A stretch of 32,000 nt of DNA from Candidatus Woesearchaeota archaeon (GCA_016192995.1 JACPTB010000005.1:206791-238790), one strand, 5' to 3'; counted from the stretch's first letter, positions 1 to 7,251 are shown. Translations and numbers: made by a program. Notes: generated by a model not told the origin, from the sequence alone.

Positions 1-2
1 AA

Positions 3-92
3 TTAGCTGACCAATTAGGAGAGAATTTCACCGCGTTAGATGCTGATCTGTTAGAAGATATTGAAGTGGAATTAGTCAATAGTTCTAAGTAG
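3..92 (+). CDS. C-terminal fragment of an unidentified protein (gene starts upstream of the window)
   Basis: Frame is open from the window edge to TAG at 90-92. Translation is LADQLGENFTALDADLLEDIEVELVNSSK. No family recognised. Confidence 0.25.
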   Translation, partial: LADQLGENFTALDADLLEDIEVELVNSSK

Positions 93-150
93 AATAGTAC
101 GTAAATCTTCTTATTTATTTCTTGAATACAATAATTCTTTGGTTTTAACG

Positions 151-305
151 GAGTTTGTCGCATAATCTGCCACCATCAATATTGCGAGGCTTATCAAGTA
201 AAAGTATCGAGTACTTTTCGAGGTTCCAGAGAGAAAAGTACCATAGAGTAAATAATCAAAAGCCGAGCCGATGGTGGCTGCCGAAGGCATTTATGCGACA
301 AACTC
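151..305 (-). repeat. Diverged long-hairpin element (variant G) carrying the conserved stem-loop module in reverse orientation
   Basis: Outer 15-bp inverted repeat gagtttgtcgcataa (151-165) / ttatgcgacaaactc (291-305). Second stem gccaccatc (169-177) / gatggtggc (270-278). Central hairpin gtactttt (211-218) / aaaagtac (234-241) with loop cgaggttccagagag, the reverse complement of the loop seen in the other copies. Confidence 0.7.
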
Positions 306-313
306 AGAAAAAC

Positions 314-635
314 GTACGTAATAAGTTTTTCATAGTTTTAGCGCCGGTTCAGCTTTTGAAGTGTATTTTAATTGGATTTTTCTCTCTGGAACTCCGAAAA
401 ATCCTCGAAATATAGATAAGAAGAGCTTCACAAAAGTAGGCGCTAAAACCTAAAGAGAACTTTGCAAAATACTCGCAAAGCTCGGGTTACTGCCAGTTCG
501 CATTTCAATAATTTACCCTAAGGAAAAAATTCCCATTGTAATTTCCTTTTTTCTTGCTCCTTGTATCGAAAATGCTCACGAAATTGGCAGTAACCATAAT
601 TTTGCAAAGTTCTCTAAAGAAGACTTATTACGTAC
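314..635 (+). mobile_element. Composite MITE-like element: GTACGTAATAAGT(C) terminal-repeat class with core hairpin 335-449 and a second element nested inside it
   Basis: Left end gtacgtaataagt at 314-326 and right end gacttattacgtac at 622-635. Core runs gttttagcgcc (335-345) to ggcgctaaaac (439-449). It aligns with the 154-155 bp copies at 6486 and 8940 except for a roughly 160-bp insert. No clear TSD. Confidence 0.75.
454..615 (+). mobile_element. Nested hairpin element (17-bp inverted termini) inserted into the element at 314-635
   Basis: agagaactttgcaaaat (454-470) pairs with attttgcaaagttctct (599-615). Inner stem is ggttactgcca / tggcagtaacc. Central 36-nt module at 520-555 is shared with the elements at 1126 and 24087. 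This insert is absent from the sister copies at 6486 and 8940. Confidence 0.65.
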
Positions 636-1080
636 AACTCTTTATTCCTTCTATAACCAACGCTTTATTCAAAGGACAAACTTGTTCTTTACCATCATTA
701 AGAATAATAGGGGTTATTTTAAGCTTTTCAAGGTTTCCTAATAAAGACTGGTCATAAGGAATATTTAATTTTTTAGTCTCTGACTTACCAAAAAAAGCTT
801 CTAAATCACGATTATCCACATTTCGTGATCCCTGGAGGGTTAATTTAAACTTTCCAAGTTCCTCTTTAGGACCATTTTCAAGCGTTACTTCAATAGTGCC
901 TGTTTCATCATTGAAGCAAACTTTTGGATTGCCTTCAACTTTAGCTACATTTAAGATAACAGTTCCACATTCTCCAATACTCCCAGAATAGGTCATAATT
1001 ACTGCGCCTACAGCTACTGAAAAGGTGATAAGCAAGACTGTTGCTATCAAGGGTGATAAACCTTTTTTACGAAAAAACAT
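628..1080 (-). CDS. Archaeal type IV pilin-like protein (class III signal peptide)
   Basis: N-terminus MFFRKKGLSPLIATVLLITFSVAVGAVIM has basic residues, Gly and a hydrophobic helix typical of archaeal pilin/flagellin N-terminal domains. TATA-like tttataaa lies about 25-30 nt upstream. The last two codons and the stop lie inside the repeat terminus 622-635. Confidence 0.7.
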   Translation of the reverse strand: MFFRKKGLSPLIATVLLITFSVAVGAVIMTYSGSIGECGTVILNVAKVEGNPKVCFNDETGTIEVTLENGPKEELGKFKLTLQGSRNVDNRDLEAFFGKSETKKLNIPYDQSLLGNLEKLKITPIILNDGKEQVCPLNKALVIEGIKSCT

Positions 1081-1125
1081 GAAGGAGATTCTGAATGTAT
1101 ATCTTTATAAAGGTTTTGCAAAATT

Positions 1126-1287
1126 GGCTCTGCCATGAATGTAGTTTTTGGTGCCATACTGGTGATTATCCTTCAAATTAATACGTGGGAAAAAAGGAAA
1201 TTACAATGGGAATTTTTTCCTTGTTATAAATACGTGAGATAATCACGGCACCAAAACCCAGGCGTGAGCCGAGATTCATGGCAGAGC
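1126..1287 (-). mobile_element. Hairpin MITE-like element with GGCTCTG-type termini (variant D)
   Basis: ggctctgccatgaat (1126-1140) pairs with attcatggcagagc (1274-1287). Inner stems are tttttggtgcc / ggcaccaaaa and ggtgattatc / gataatcac. Central module at 1187-1222. It is homologous, in inverted orientation, to 24087-24251 but with different, mutually complementary termini. No TSD seen. Confidence 0.7.
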
Positions 1288-1296
1288 TATATAAAG

Positions 1297-1513
1297 GGCT
1301 CTGGTGAAAATCTTTCAGGTTTTAGCGCCGGTTCAGCTTCAAAGTGATTTAAATATCGGATTTTTCTCTCTGGCACTCCGAAAAATCCCCACAATGATAT
1401 AGAAAGAGCTTCACAAAAGTAGGCGCTAAAACTATACTAATCAAAGAAAGTGTTGAATAATATTTGACTTTCTTTGATGGTATATTGCTACGCAATACAT
1501 TTTCACCAGAGCC
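1297..1513 (+). mobile_element. MITE-like element with GGCTCTGGTGAAAAT termini, carrying core hairpin 1319-1432 plus an extra hairpin at 1441-1477
   Basis: ggctctggtgaaaat (1297-1311) pairs with attttcaccagagcc (1499-1513). It is flanked by direct repeats atataaag at 1289-1296 and 1515-1522, with one extra base (c1514) at the right end. Confidence 0.8.
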
Positions 1514-1558
1514 CATATAAAGTGAAGATTTATATATAAAAAAGATACCTACAAGTAT

Positions 1559-2491
1559 ATGTCGAAATTCATGAATGTTGGCGGGCAAGCTGTTATTGAA
1601 GGTGTGATGATGAAATCACCGAATTTTGTAGCAGTTGCGGTGAGAAAATCCAATAAAACCATTACTATAAAGGAAATGCCCTATAATTCTTTGACTAACA
1701 AGTATTCTTTTTTGAAATGGCCGTTTTTAAGAGGGATGGTACTATTATTTGAAATGCTTATTCTTGGATTAAAATCATTAACTTTTGCAGCTCATGAAGT
1801 ATTTGAGGAAGATGAAGAGCAATTATCTAATTGGGGCATTGCACTCACGCTCATTGTTTCATTAGTTTTCTCTATTGGTTTGTTTTTGGTAGTGCCTTAT
1901 GCAGTAACGTATCTTTTAGGATTTAATGAGGAAACAAATTCCATTATGTTTAATGCTATTGACGGCATGATTAAACTAGGATTATTTATTGGTTATGTTG
2001 CTCTCATCAGTATGATGACTGACATAAAACGTGTATTTCAATATCATGGCGCTGAACATAAAGCAGTAAATTGTTATGAAGGTGGAAAAAAATTAACTGT
2101 TGCTAACGCGCAGAAATTTACCACCATTAATGCAAGGTGCGGAACAAGTTTTGTCCTCTTTGTTATGCTTATTGGCATTTTCGTATTTTCAATAGTGCCA
2201 ATACTTGTTACCCATAGTTATCCCGCATTTGAAGAACTTAATTTCTTGGTGCAACGAGGAATATTGTTGGTGACGCGATTATTATTTTTATTGCCGCTAG
2301 CAAGCGTTTCTTATGAAGTATTAAAATTATCAGCAAAGCATAGCACTAATCCTCTGTTTAAAATAATCATGCAGCCAGGGTTATTGGTTCAGAAGCTAAC
2401 AACACGGCAGCCAACTGATGATCAAGTTAAAGTTGCCTTAGAAAGCATGAAATATGTTCTCAAAAAAGAGCAGTTGTTAGCGATAAGATAA
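1559..2491 (+). CDS. DUF1385 (YqhQ-like) membrane protein
   Basis: N-terminal GGQAVIEGVMMKSPN and internal YHGAEHKAVN motifs are typical of DUF1385. Several hydrophobic segments. TATA-like tttatatataaaa sits about 20-30 nt upstream. Confidence 0.8.
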   Translation: MSKFMNVGGQAVIEGVMMKSPNFVAVAVRKSNKTITIKEMPYNSLTNKYSFLKWPFLRGMVLLFEMLILGLKSLTFAAHEVFEEDEEQLSNWGIALTLIVSLVFSIGLFLVVPYAVTYLLGFNEETNSIMFNAIDGMIKLGLFIGYVALISMMTDIKRVFQYHGAEHKAVNCYEGGKKLTVANAQKFTTINARCGTSFVLFVMLIGIFVFSIVPILVTHSYPAFEELNFLVQRGILLVTRLLFLLPLASVSYEVLKLSAKHSTNPLFKIIMQPGLLVQKLTTRQPTDDQVKVALESMKYVLKKEQLLAIR

Positions 2492-2640
2492 GATGTTTGC
2501 TGAAGATGCAAAAACACTAAAAAAGGATTTGGAAAAACTGAAGGAATTAATAGAGCCTGGTTCTTAAAAAACTCATGTAGTAACTTAAGTTACCAGTTAG
2601 TAACCAAAAAGCTTATATAGTACTATAAGTCACCATATAT

Positions 2641-3231
2641 ATGGTTAAACAACAACTGTTAACAATAAAGAAGCCGGAAACAAATGAAGCTCATCAAAAA
2701 GTACTCTATTGGTTCTTTTCCTTTCCTGATATCAATATAGGGCTTACTGACTTATCTGAGGAGTTAGAAATTTCTAAAACAACTGCAAAAAACATTGTTT
2801 TAGATCTTGAAAAAAAAGGATTTCTAATTAAAAAAGTATATGGCAAAGCGTGGATTATTAGCTGCAATAAGCAACATCCATTTAATTTAACCCAAAAAAT
2901 AGCATTCAATTTATTGATGGTTTCTGAACTATATCACTATATGATAAAAAGCAAAATATTAGAGATCTTAGGAAATCCTAAAGCAGTCATACTTTTTGGC
3001 AGTTATAGAAAAGGAGATGATACAGAAAAAAGTGATATAGATATTGCAGTGGAAGTGGCAAATAGTACTGATTTAAAGATTATTGAACCTTTTAAATGGA
3101 ATAAATTTGGCTACAGAAAAAACGTGCCAGTTAATCTCCATATTTTTTCAAGAAATAAAATAGACATTAACTTATTTTCAAATATTGCAAATGGCATTGT
3201 GTTAGACGGATTTCTTGAGGTAAGACCATGA
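2641..3231 (+). CDS. wHTH-fused minimal nucleotidyltransferase (MNT-like, antitoxin-type)
   Basis: Contains the ILFGSYRKGDDTEKSDIDIAV motif (GS-x9-11-D-x-D nucleotidyltransferase signature). N-terminal region is helix-turn-helix-like. Overlaps the next gene by 4 nt (ATGA). Confidence 0.75.
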   Translation: MVKQQLLTIKKPETNEAHQKVLYWFFSFPDINIGLTDLSEELEISKTTAKNIVLDLEKKGFLIKKVYGKAWIISCNKQHPFNLTQKIAFNLLMVSELYHYMIKSKILEILGNPKAVILFGSYRKGDDTEKSDIDIAVEVANSTDLKIIEPFKWNKFGYRKNVPVNLHIFSRNKIDINLFSNIANGIVLDGFLEVRP

Positions 3232-3620
3232 GATATAAACGCCCTGACAAGAAAAATGCTTTAAGCATCCTTGAGGCATCCCAACGAGATATGAAGTTTA
3301 CCCAATCATTAGAGATATCAGAACAATCCGGTGCAACAATTGTAAGAAATGTGTATGAATCATTCAGGATGCTAGATGATTCATTATTAGTTGCAAAAGG
3401 AATAGAATCAGAAGATCATGTAACACCAATTAATGAACTGATGAAACTCAAAGTAAATACCGATAGACCAATCAATTTAGTAGATAATCTCAGGAGATTA
3501 CGGCATAATATTAATTATTATGGCTACCAACCTTCTGTTGAAGAAGTGAAAGAAGTAAAATCCATTGCAAATAGTCTTTTTGAACCTATAAAAAATGAAG
3601 TCTTGAAAAAAATTAAATGA
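3228..3620 (+). CDS. HEPN-like partner of the nucleotidyltransferase
   Basis: 130-aa, apparently all-helical protein translationally coupled to the NTase gene. C-terminal LRRLRHNINYYGY resembles the HEPN R-x-x-x-x-Y/H region. Assignment rests mainly on gene context. Confidence 0.55.
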   Translation: MRYKRPDKKNALSILEASQRDMKFTQSLEISEQSGATIVRNVYESFRMLDDSLLVAKGIESEDHVTPINELMKLKVNTDRPINLVDNLRRLRHNINYYGYQPSVEEVKEVKSIANSLFEPIKNEVLKKIK

Positions 3621-3637
3621 TTAATGGAGGAATAACT

Positions 3638-4027
3638 ATGAAAAACCCAATAGTACATTTTGAAATACCTGCAGATAACGTTGAACGAGCAAAAAAATTT
3701 TATGAAAAAACCTTTGGATGGGAAATAACAAAATTTACGATGGAAGGAGGAGATTACTGGATCGTGAGAACAACTGAAGTAGATAAAAACATGATGCCAA
3801 CATCACCGGGAATAAATGGAGGTTTAATGCAGCGTAAAAATCCTAGTCAACCGTTTATGAATTATATAAGTGTCGAATCCATTGATAACATGTTAAAAGT
3901 AGTGGAAACAAATGGCGGAAAGATATGTATGCCTAAAATGGAGATTGGGAAAGGCATGGGATGGATTGCTGCATTCCAAGATACAGAAGGCAATCTTATG
4001 GGATTGCATCAAGAAGAGAAAAAATAA
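3638..4027 (+). CDS. VOC / glyoxalase-bleomycin resistance family protein
   Basis: N-terminus MKNPIVHFEIPADNVERAKKFYEKTFGWEI is a classic VOC start. GGAGG lies upstream of ATG 3638. The ORF track start at 3617 is an alternative. Confidence 0.8.
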   Translation: MKNPIVHFEIPADNVERAKKFYEKTFGWEITKFTMEGGDYWIVRTTEVDKNMMPTSPGINGGLMQRKNPSQPFMNYISVESIDNMLKVVETNGGKICMPKMEIGKGMGWIAAFQDTEGNLMGLHQEEKK

Positions 4028-4058
4028 GTATGGGGAGAAAAGAATAAATTAATGGGTA

Positions 4059-4430
4059 TTATATCTTCTCAACTTTCTTCCATAGGTAATAAGATACAAA
4101 CAACACTGCTAAAAATACCAAAGGGAATATCATACCTAACACATCACGATTTACAAAGTAAAATGATGCAGAAGCACTTATATAATCAATAGTAAAACCC
4201 GCGTAAGCCCATTCTTTAACAGCTTTGAATTTTGTTTGAATAATTGCAATAGAACCTAAAATTTTTGCCACACCAAGAATAATAAGAAAATAAACGGGAT
4301 ATCCCAACAATTTCATCACCTTTAGAGCTTGTTGATTGGGAAATAATTCAGCTATACCTGAAAACAAATTAGCAAGACAAAAAATAATAGTAACAGTCCA
4401 ATAGAGTATTTTTATTGTTTTTGGGGTCAT
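4059..4430 (-). CDS. DoxX-like membrane protein
   Basis: Four hydrophobic helices. LLGYPVYFLIILGVAKILG and KEWAYAGFTIDY match the DoxX_2-type pattern. Confidence 0.7.
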   Translation of the reverse strand: MTPKTIKILYWTVTIIFCLANLFSGIAELFPNQQALKVMKLLGYPVYFLIILGVAKILGSIAIIQTKFKAVKEWAYAGFTIDYISASASFYFVNRDVLGMIFPLVFLAVLFVSYYLWKKVEKI

Positions 4431-4476
4431 AGTGTTATGGTTCTAGTTAATATTTATAACTTTTTTGAATTTCTGT

Positions 4477-4704
4477 TTACTCTACAAATTTAAATCTCTG
4501 CATTTTTTTTCCATCAACAATTACCGCCTCAGTAAACTCTTCAACCGGTCTAACCCATAATGCATAATTCCCATATTCAGGATGATTATAAAGTCCGCGA
4601 TAGACAACTAATTCCTGTTTAGTTTTGTGATGTTTTGCAATACCAAGTACTTCATAGAAATTACCCTGGTAATGCTGGTATCTGCCAAGAGGGAGTTTGG
4701 ACAT
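4477..4704 (-). CDS. DUF1653 protein
   Basis: YQHYQGNFYEVLGIAKHHKTKQELVVYRGLY...WVRPVEEF matches the DUF1653 pattern. Confidence 0.75.
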   Translation of the reverse strand: MSKLPLGRYQHYQGNFYEVLGIAKHHKTKQELVVYRGLYNHPEYGNYALWVRPVEEFTEAVIVDGKKMQRFKFVE

Positions 4705-4775
4705 AATTTATGCACCTGTTTTAATTAAAGATACTTCTCAAAATCTTCAGTATCCACTTTTGCAAGTTCTAATAT

Positions 4776-4979
4776 TCATTTTAATGTCCCTATCTTAATT
4801 TCACTATGATTTGGAACAACAGTCCCTACAGTTCCACCAGGAGTTTCTTTCTTTAGAACAATATGACTTCCTTTTTGACGAGCAATCTGAAATTGAAATT
4901 TGTTGCATAATATTTTAACACATTCTTTGCCTGAAATCTTCCGAAATTTCCGCAACTTAAGCAACCTCAAAGGTAGCAA
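4776..4979 (-). CDS. hicA: HicA-family mRNA interferase toxin, ended early by an in-frame TGA (family-like tail continues to 4725)
   Basis: Core is QKGSHIVLKK...VPNHSEIKIGTLK. After TGA (4776-4778) the same frame reads ILELAKVDTEDFEKYL then TAA at 4725-4727, resembling the usual HicA C-terminus. The real start may be TTG at 4955, just after the hicB stop. Confidence 0.7.
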   Translation of the reverse strand: MLPLRLLKLRKFRKISGKECVKILCNKFQFQIARQKGSHIVLKKETPGGTVGTVVPNHSEIKIGTLK

Positions 4980-5154
4980 GAATAGGATGACTTTTTTCTT
5001 TCAAAGGAAATTCCTCTAAATATAATTCTGTGGCTTCCTTCAGGTTATCTATCGCTTCTTCAATAGTATTTCCCTGGCTAACAGTTCCAATCTCCGCACA
5101 TTTAGCAATATACATGTCTTCATCTTTTTGGATTATTGCGGTGAATGTTTCCAT
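4957..5154 (-). CDS. hicB: HicB-like (UPF0150) antitoxin
   Basis: METFTAIIQKDEDMYIAKCAEIGTVSQGNTIEEAIDNLKEA is the typical HicB/UPF0150 fold signature. It sits directly upstream of hicA. Confidence 0.8.
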   Translation of the reverse strand: METFTAIIQKDEDMYIAKCAEIGTVSQGNTIEEAIDNLKEATELYLEEFPLKEKSHPILATFEVA

Positions 5155-5210
5155 GTTCTATTGAATGTGATACTGATATATAAAGATTACGAGAAAAAAT
5201 TTATAATAAG

Positions 5211-5831
5211 TTGATTAATAAAGCAAATATGATCCTCAACAAGATAGAATTTATGATGATGAATAATCCCCTCAGAGCTTTTATTCAAAAAAAGATTGAG
5301 ATTAAACGATTGAGAAAATATGCAACGTTGGAAAAAGATAAGATTGTTCTTGAAATTGGCTGTGGGAATGGCAACGGAACTACATTAATCAAACAATATT
5401 TTTCTCCAAAGAAAATATATGCCATAGACTTGGATCCTAAAATGATTAGTCTTGCAAAGAAAAAACATAACCATGATAAAACTATTAATCTTTCAGTCGG
5501 TAATGCTGCAAAGCTAAAATTTAAATCCAATCAATTTGATGCAGTTATTGATTTTGGTATTATCCACCATATTCCCAACTGGAAAACCTGTTTAAAGGAA
5601 ATTAAAAGAGTGTTAAAGCCAGGTGGAGAATTAATTTTAGAAGATTTGTCAATTGAGACATTTAGTACGCCTTTTGGCAGAATATTGAAACGAATTCTTA
5701 AGCATCCTTATGAGCGTATGTATACTCAGGAACAGTTTACGGTAGAACTGCAGAAATTAGGATTTAAAATAGAAACTAAAAAAGAATATAATCGCGGAAT
5801 TAAGTATTTTCTGATAATTGCTAAGAAGTGA
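5211..5831 (+). CDS. Class I SAM-dependent methyltransferase
   Basis: VLEIGCGNGNGT (motif I), AIDLDPKM and LKPGGELILED. Start uncertain: the ORF begins with TTG and several in-frame Met codons follow. Confidence 0.8.
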   Translation: MINKANMILNKIEFMMMNNPLRAFIQKKIEIKRLRKYATLEKDKIVLEIGCGNGNGTTLIKQYFSPKKIYAIDLDPKMISLAKKKHNHDKTINLSVGNAAKLKFKSNQFDAVIDFGIIHHIPNWKTCLKEIKRVLKPGGELILEDLSIETFSTPFGRILKRILKHPYERMYTQEQFTVELQKLGFKIETKKEYNRGIKYFLIIAKK

Positions 5832-5839
5832 AACCAGAA

Positions 5840-6220
5840 TTATTTAACAAACACACCATTGACATTTCCATCTTGTCCTGGACGTGAAGTAATTCTGACT
5901 TTGCCTTTGTCAGTTTCAACAACTGCGCCTTGCGTGAGAATATTTCGCCTGACAAAGAACTTGCTTGCAGGATTGTCAACAACGTTTTTCATAACAGCTT
6001 TAACACATTTTTTAGAAGCTGCATCATATACATTAACTGCAGGTGTTGTTACAACTCTTATTTTAGTATGTCCGCCTAAAGTTCTGTATTTTTTAACTTT
6101 ATGGACACCCATAGTAGTCATAGCTGGCACATTTCCTGATTCAAACTGTCGCTTGCCACGAGCAGCTCTATATCTGCCACCGCTTACTTTTCTTCGTGAT
6201 CTATGTTGTACAATAACCAT
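5840..6220 (-). CDS. rps8e: 30S ribosomal protein S8e
   Basis: Translation is HRSRRKVSGGRYRAARGKR...TLGGHTKIRVV...VRRNILTQGAVVET, with the length typical of archaeal S8e. Confidence 0.9.
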   Translation of the reverse strand: MVIVQHRSRRKVSGGRYRAARGKRQFESGNVPAMTTMGVHKVKKYRTLGGHTKIRVVTTPAVNVYDAASKKCVKAVMKNVVDNPASKFFVRRNILTQGAVVETDKGKVRITSRPGQDGNVNGVFVK

Positions 6221-6485
6221 GTTGTTTTGAGATTAAGAGAGTATTTATTAATATTATGTTTTTATTAAAAATAAGAGTTAATGGCTCTTCTTGTGAGTGT
6301 GGGGGGTTGGTTTAGAATCAGTTTGAAGAGCCACCCTCTTTATTACTAGACTATCTTAAGGTGTAACTAGTATATAAATGTTACTATTTAGTATACTGGT
6401 TTGGTGCGCAATATAGAGACTTTCAGCTAACCTTAGTTTTATTAAAGATGGCAAAAACTACATTTTCTACAGAGCCTCAAGAACG

Positions 6486-6639
6486 GTACGTAATAAGTCT
6501 TTCATAGTTTTAGCGCCGGTTCAGCTTTTGAAGTGTATTTTAATTGGATTTTTCTCTCTGGCACTCCGAAAAATCCTCGAGATATAGATAAGAAGAGCTT
6601 CACAAAAGTAGGCGCTAAAACCCCAGACTTATTACGTAC
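6486..6639 (+). mobile_element. Intact 154-bp hairpin MITE (GTACGTAATAAGTC class) with perfect 8-bp TSD
   Basis: Terminal repeats at 6486-6499 and 6626-6639. Core at 6507-6621. Direct repeat caagaacg at 6478-6485 and 6640-6647. Confidence 0.85.
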
Positions 6640-6654
6640 CAAGAACGTACATAA

Positions 6655-7251
6655 TTATATAGGGGAATAATTTAGATATTCCTTTAAAGAAGGAATAATT
6701 ACCAGTAAAAACACCAAGGATACAACCGTAAACACAAACCCTACTATTAAACCGGTCATTGCTAAACCTTTACCTTTTTCTTGGTAACCTGCTTTTTTCA
6801 ACTTAACAAGTGCAATGCCTGAAAGAATAAAGCCTATTAAGGACAAAATAATGGTCAAAGAAAAAAAGAAACCAAAAATTGCAAGAGTGTTATACCGTGC
6901 TGGATGTTGAACTGTTGGTGATGATTGCTGAATTGATGGTTTTTGTTGAAGAACTTGTTGATGCTGTTGTGCATTTTGCTGTTGAGAACCAAAATCAGCA
7001 CCAGGATGTGTTTCAGGAAGTTGATCTTGAGCTTTAGTAAATGGAGCTTCCTGCATATGATCAGCTGAAGCCTCACCAAATGGTTCTGGCAACGATTCAT
7101 CTTCACTAGGCACCATAGATGCAAGAGAAAACCCTTGATTAATCATTTCTTGCTTATACCCTGCTTTAGCGAGTGTTTGTTTAATTTGTTCTTCAGAAAA
7201 ACCATTTTCAAGCTGCTCTTTGATATAAGTAACTAATTTTTCATAAGGCAT
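6655..7251 (-). CDS. Membrane protein with Q-rich linker and C-terminal two-helix (DUF4190-like) anchor
   Basis: Start chosen at Met43 of the track ORF (MPYEKLVTYIKEQLENGFSEEQIKQ), which avoids overlap with the divergent gene. C-terminal hydrophobic helices. Confidence 0.55.
   Translation of the reverse strand: MPYEKLVTYIKEQLENGFSEEQIKQTLAKAGYKQEMINQGFSLASMVPSEDESLPEPFGEASADHMQEAPFTKAQDQLPETHPGADFGSQQQNAQQHQQVLQQKPSIQQSSPTVQHPARYNTLAIFGFFFSLTIILSLIGFILSGIALVKLKKAGYQEKGKGLAMTGLIVGFVFTVVSLVFLLVIIPSLKEYLNYSPI

Noticed and set aside
155-415. Track ORFs lying in the repeats: 155-415, 554-757, 1349-1588 and 13280-13480.
   Set aside because: They lie entirely or mostly within repeat elements and recycle the same repeat-derived peptide strings (for example FSECQREKS, LELRKIL). 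They have no ribosome-binding site or family similarity, so they are treated as spurious.
4776-4778. UGA reassignment (code 4 or 25-like) as an explanation for the in-frame TGA in hicA.
   Set aside because: Many well-supported genes in the window end at TGA at family-appropriate lengths (3231, 3620, 5831, 8167, 13334, 28207). TGA therefore functions as a stop codon here.
5859-6230. Antisense or overlapping ORFs inside confident genes (for example 5859-6230, 6855-7124, 10223-10429, 12032-12332, 20809-21309, 26400-27075, 30188-31927).
   Set aside because: Each is embedded opposite to, or out of frame with, a gene that has clear family signatures. Their translations are low-complexity with no recognisable motifs.
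6283-6332. GC-rich hairpin considered as a tRNA or small structured RNA gene.
   Set aside because: There is no cloverleaf, no T-loop (GTTCNANNC-like) or D-loop pattern, and the length is wrong. Its ends resemble the GGCTCT element termini, so it is recorded as an element relic.
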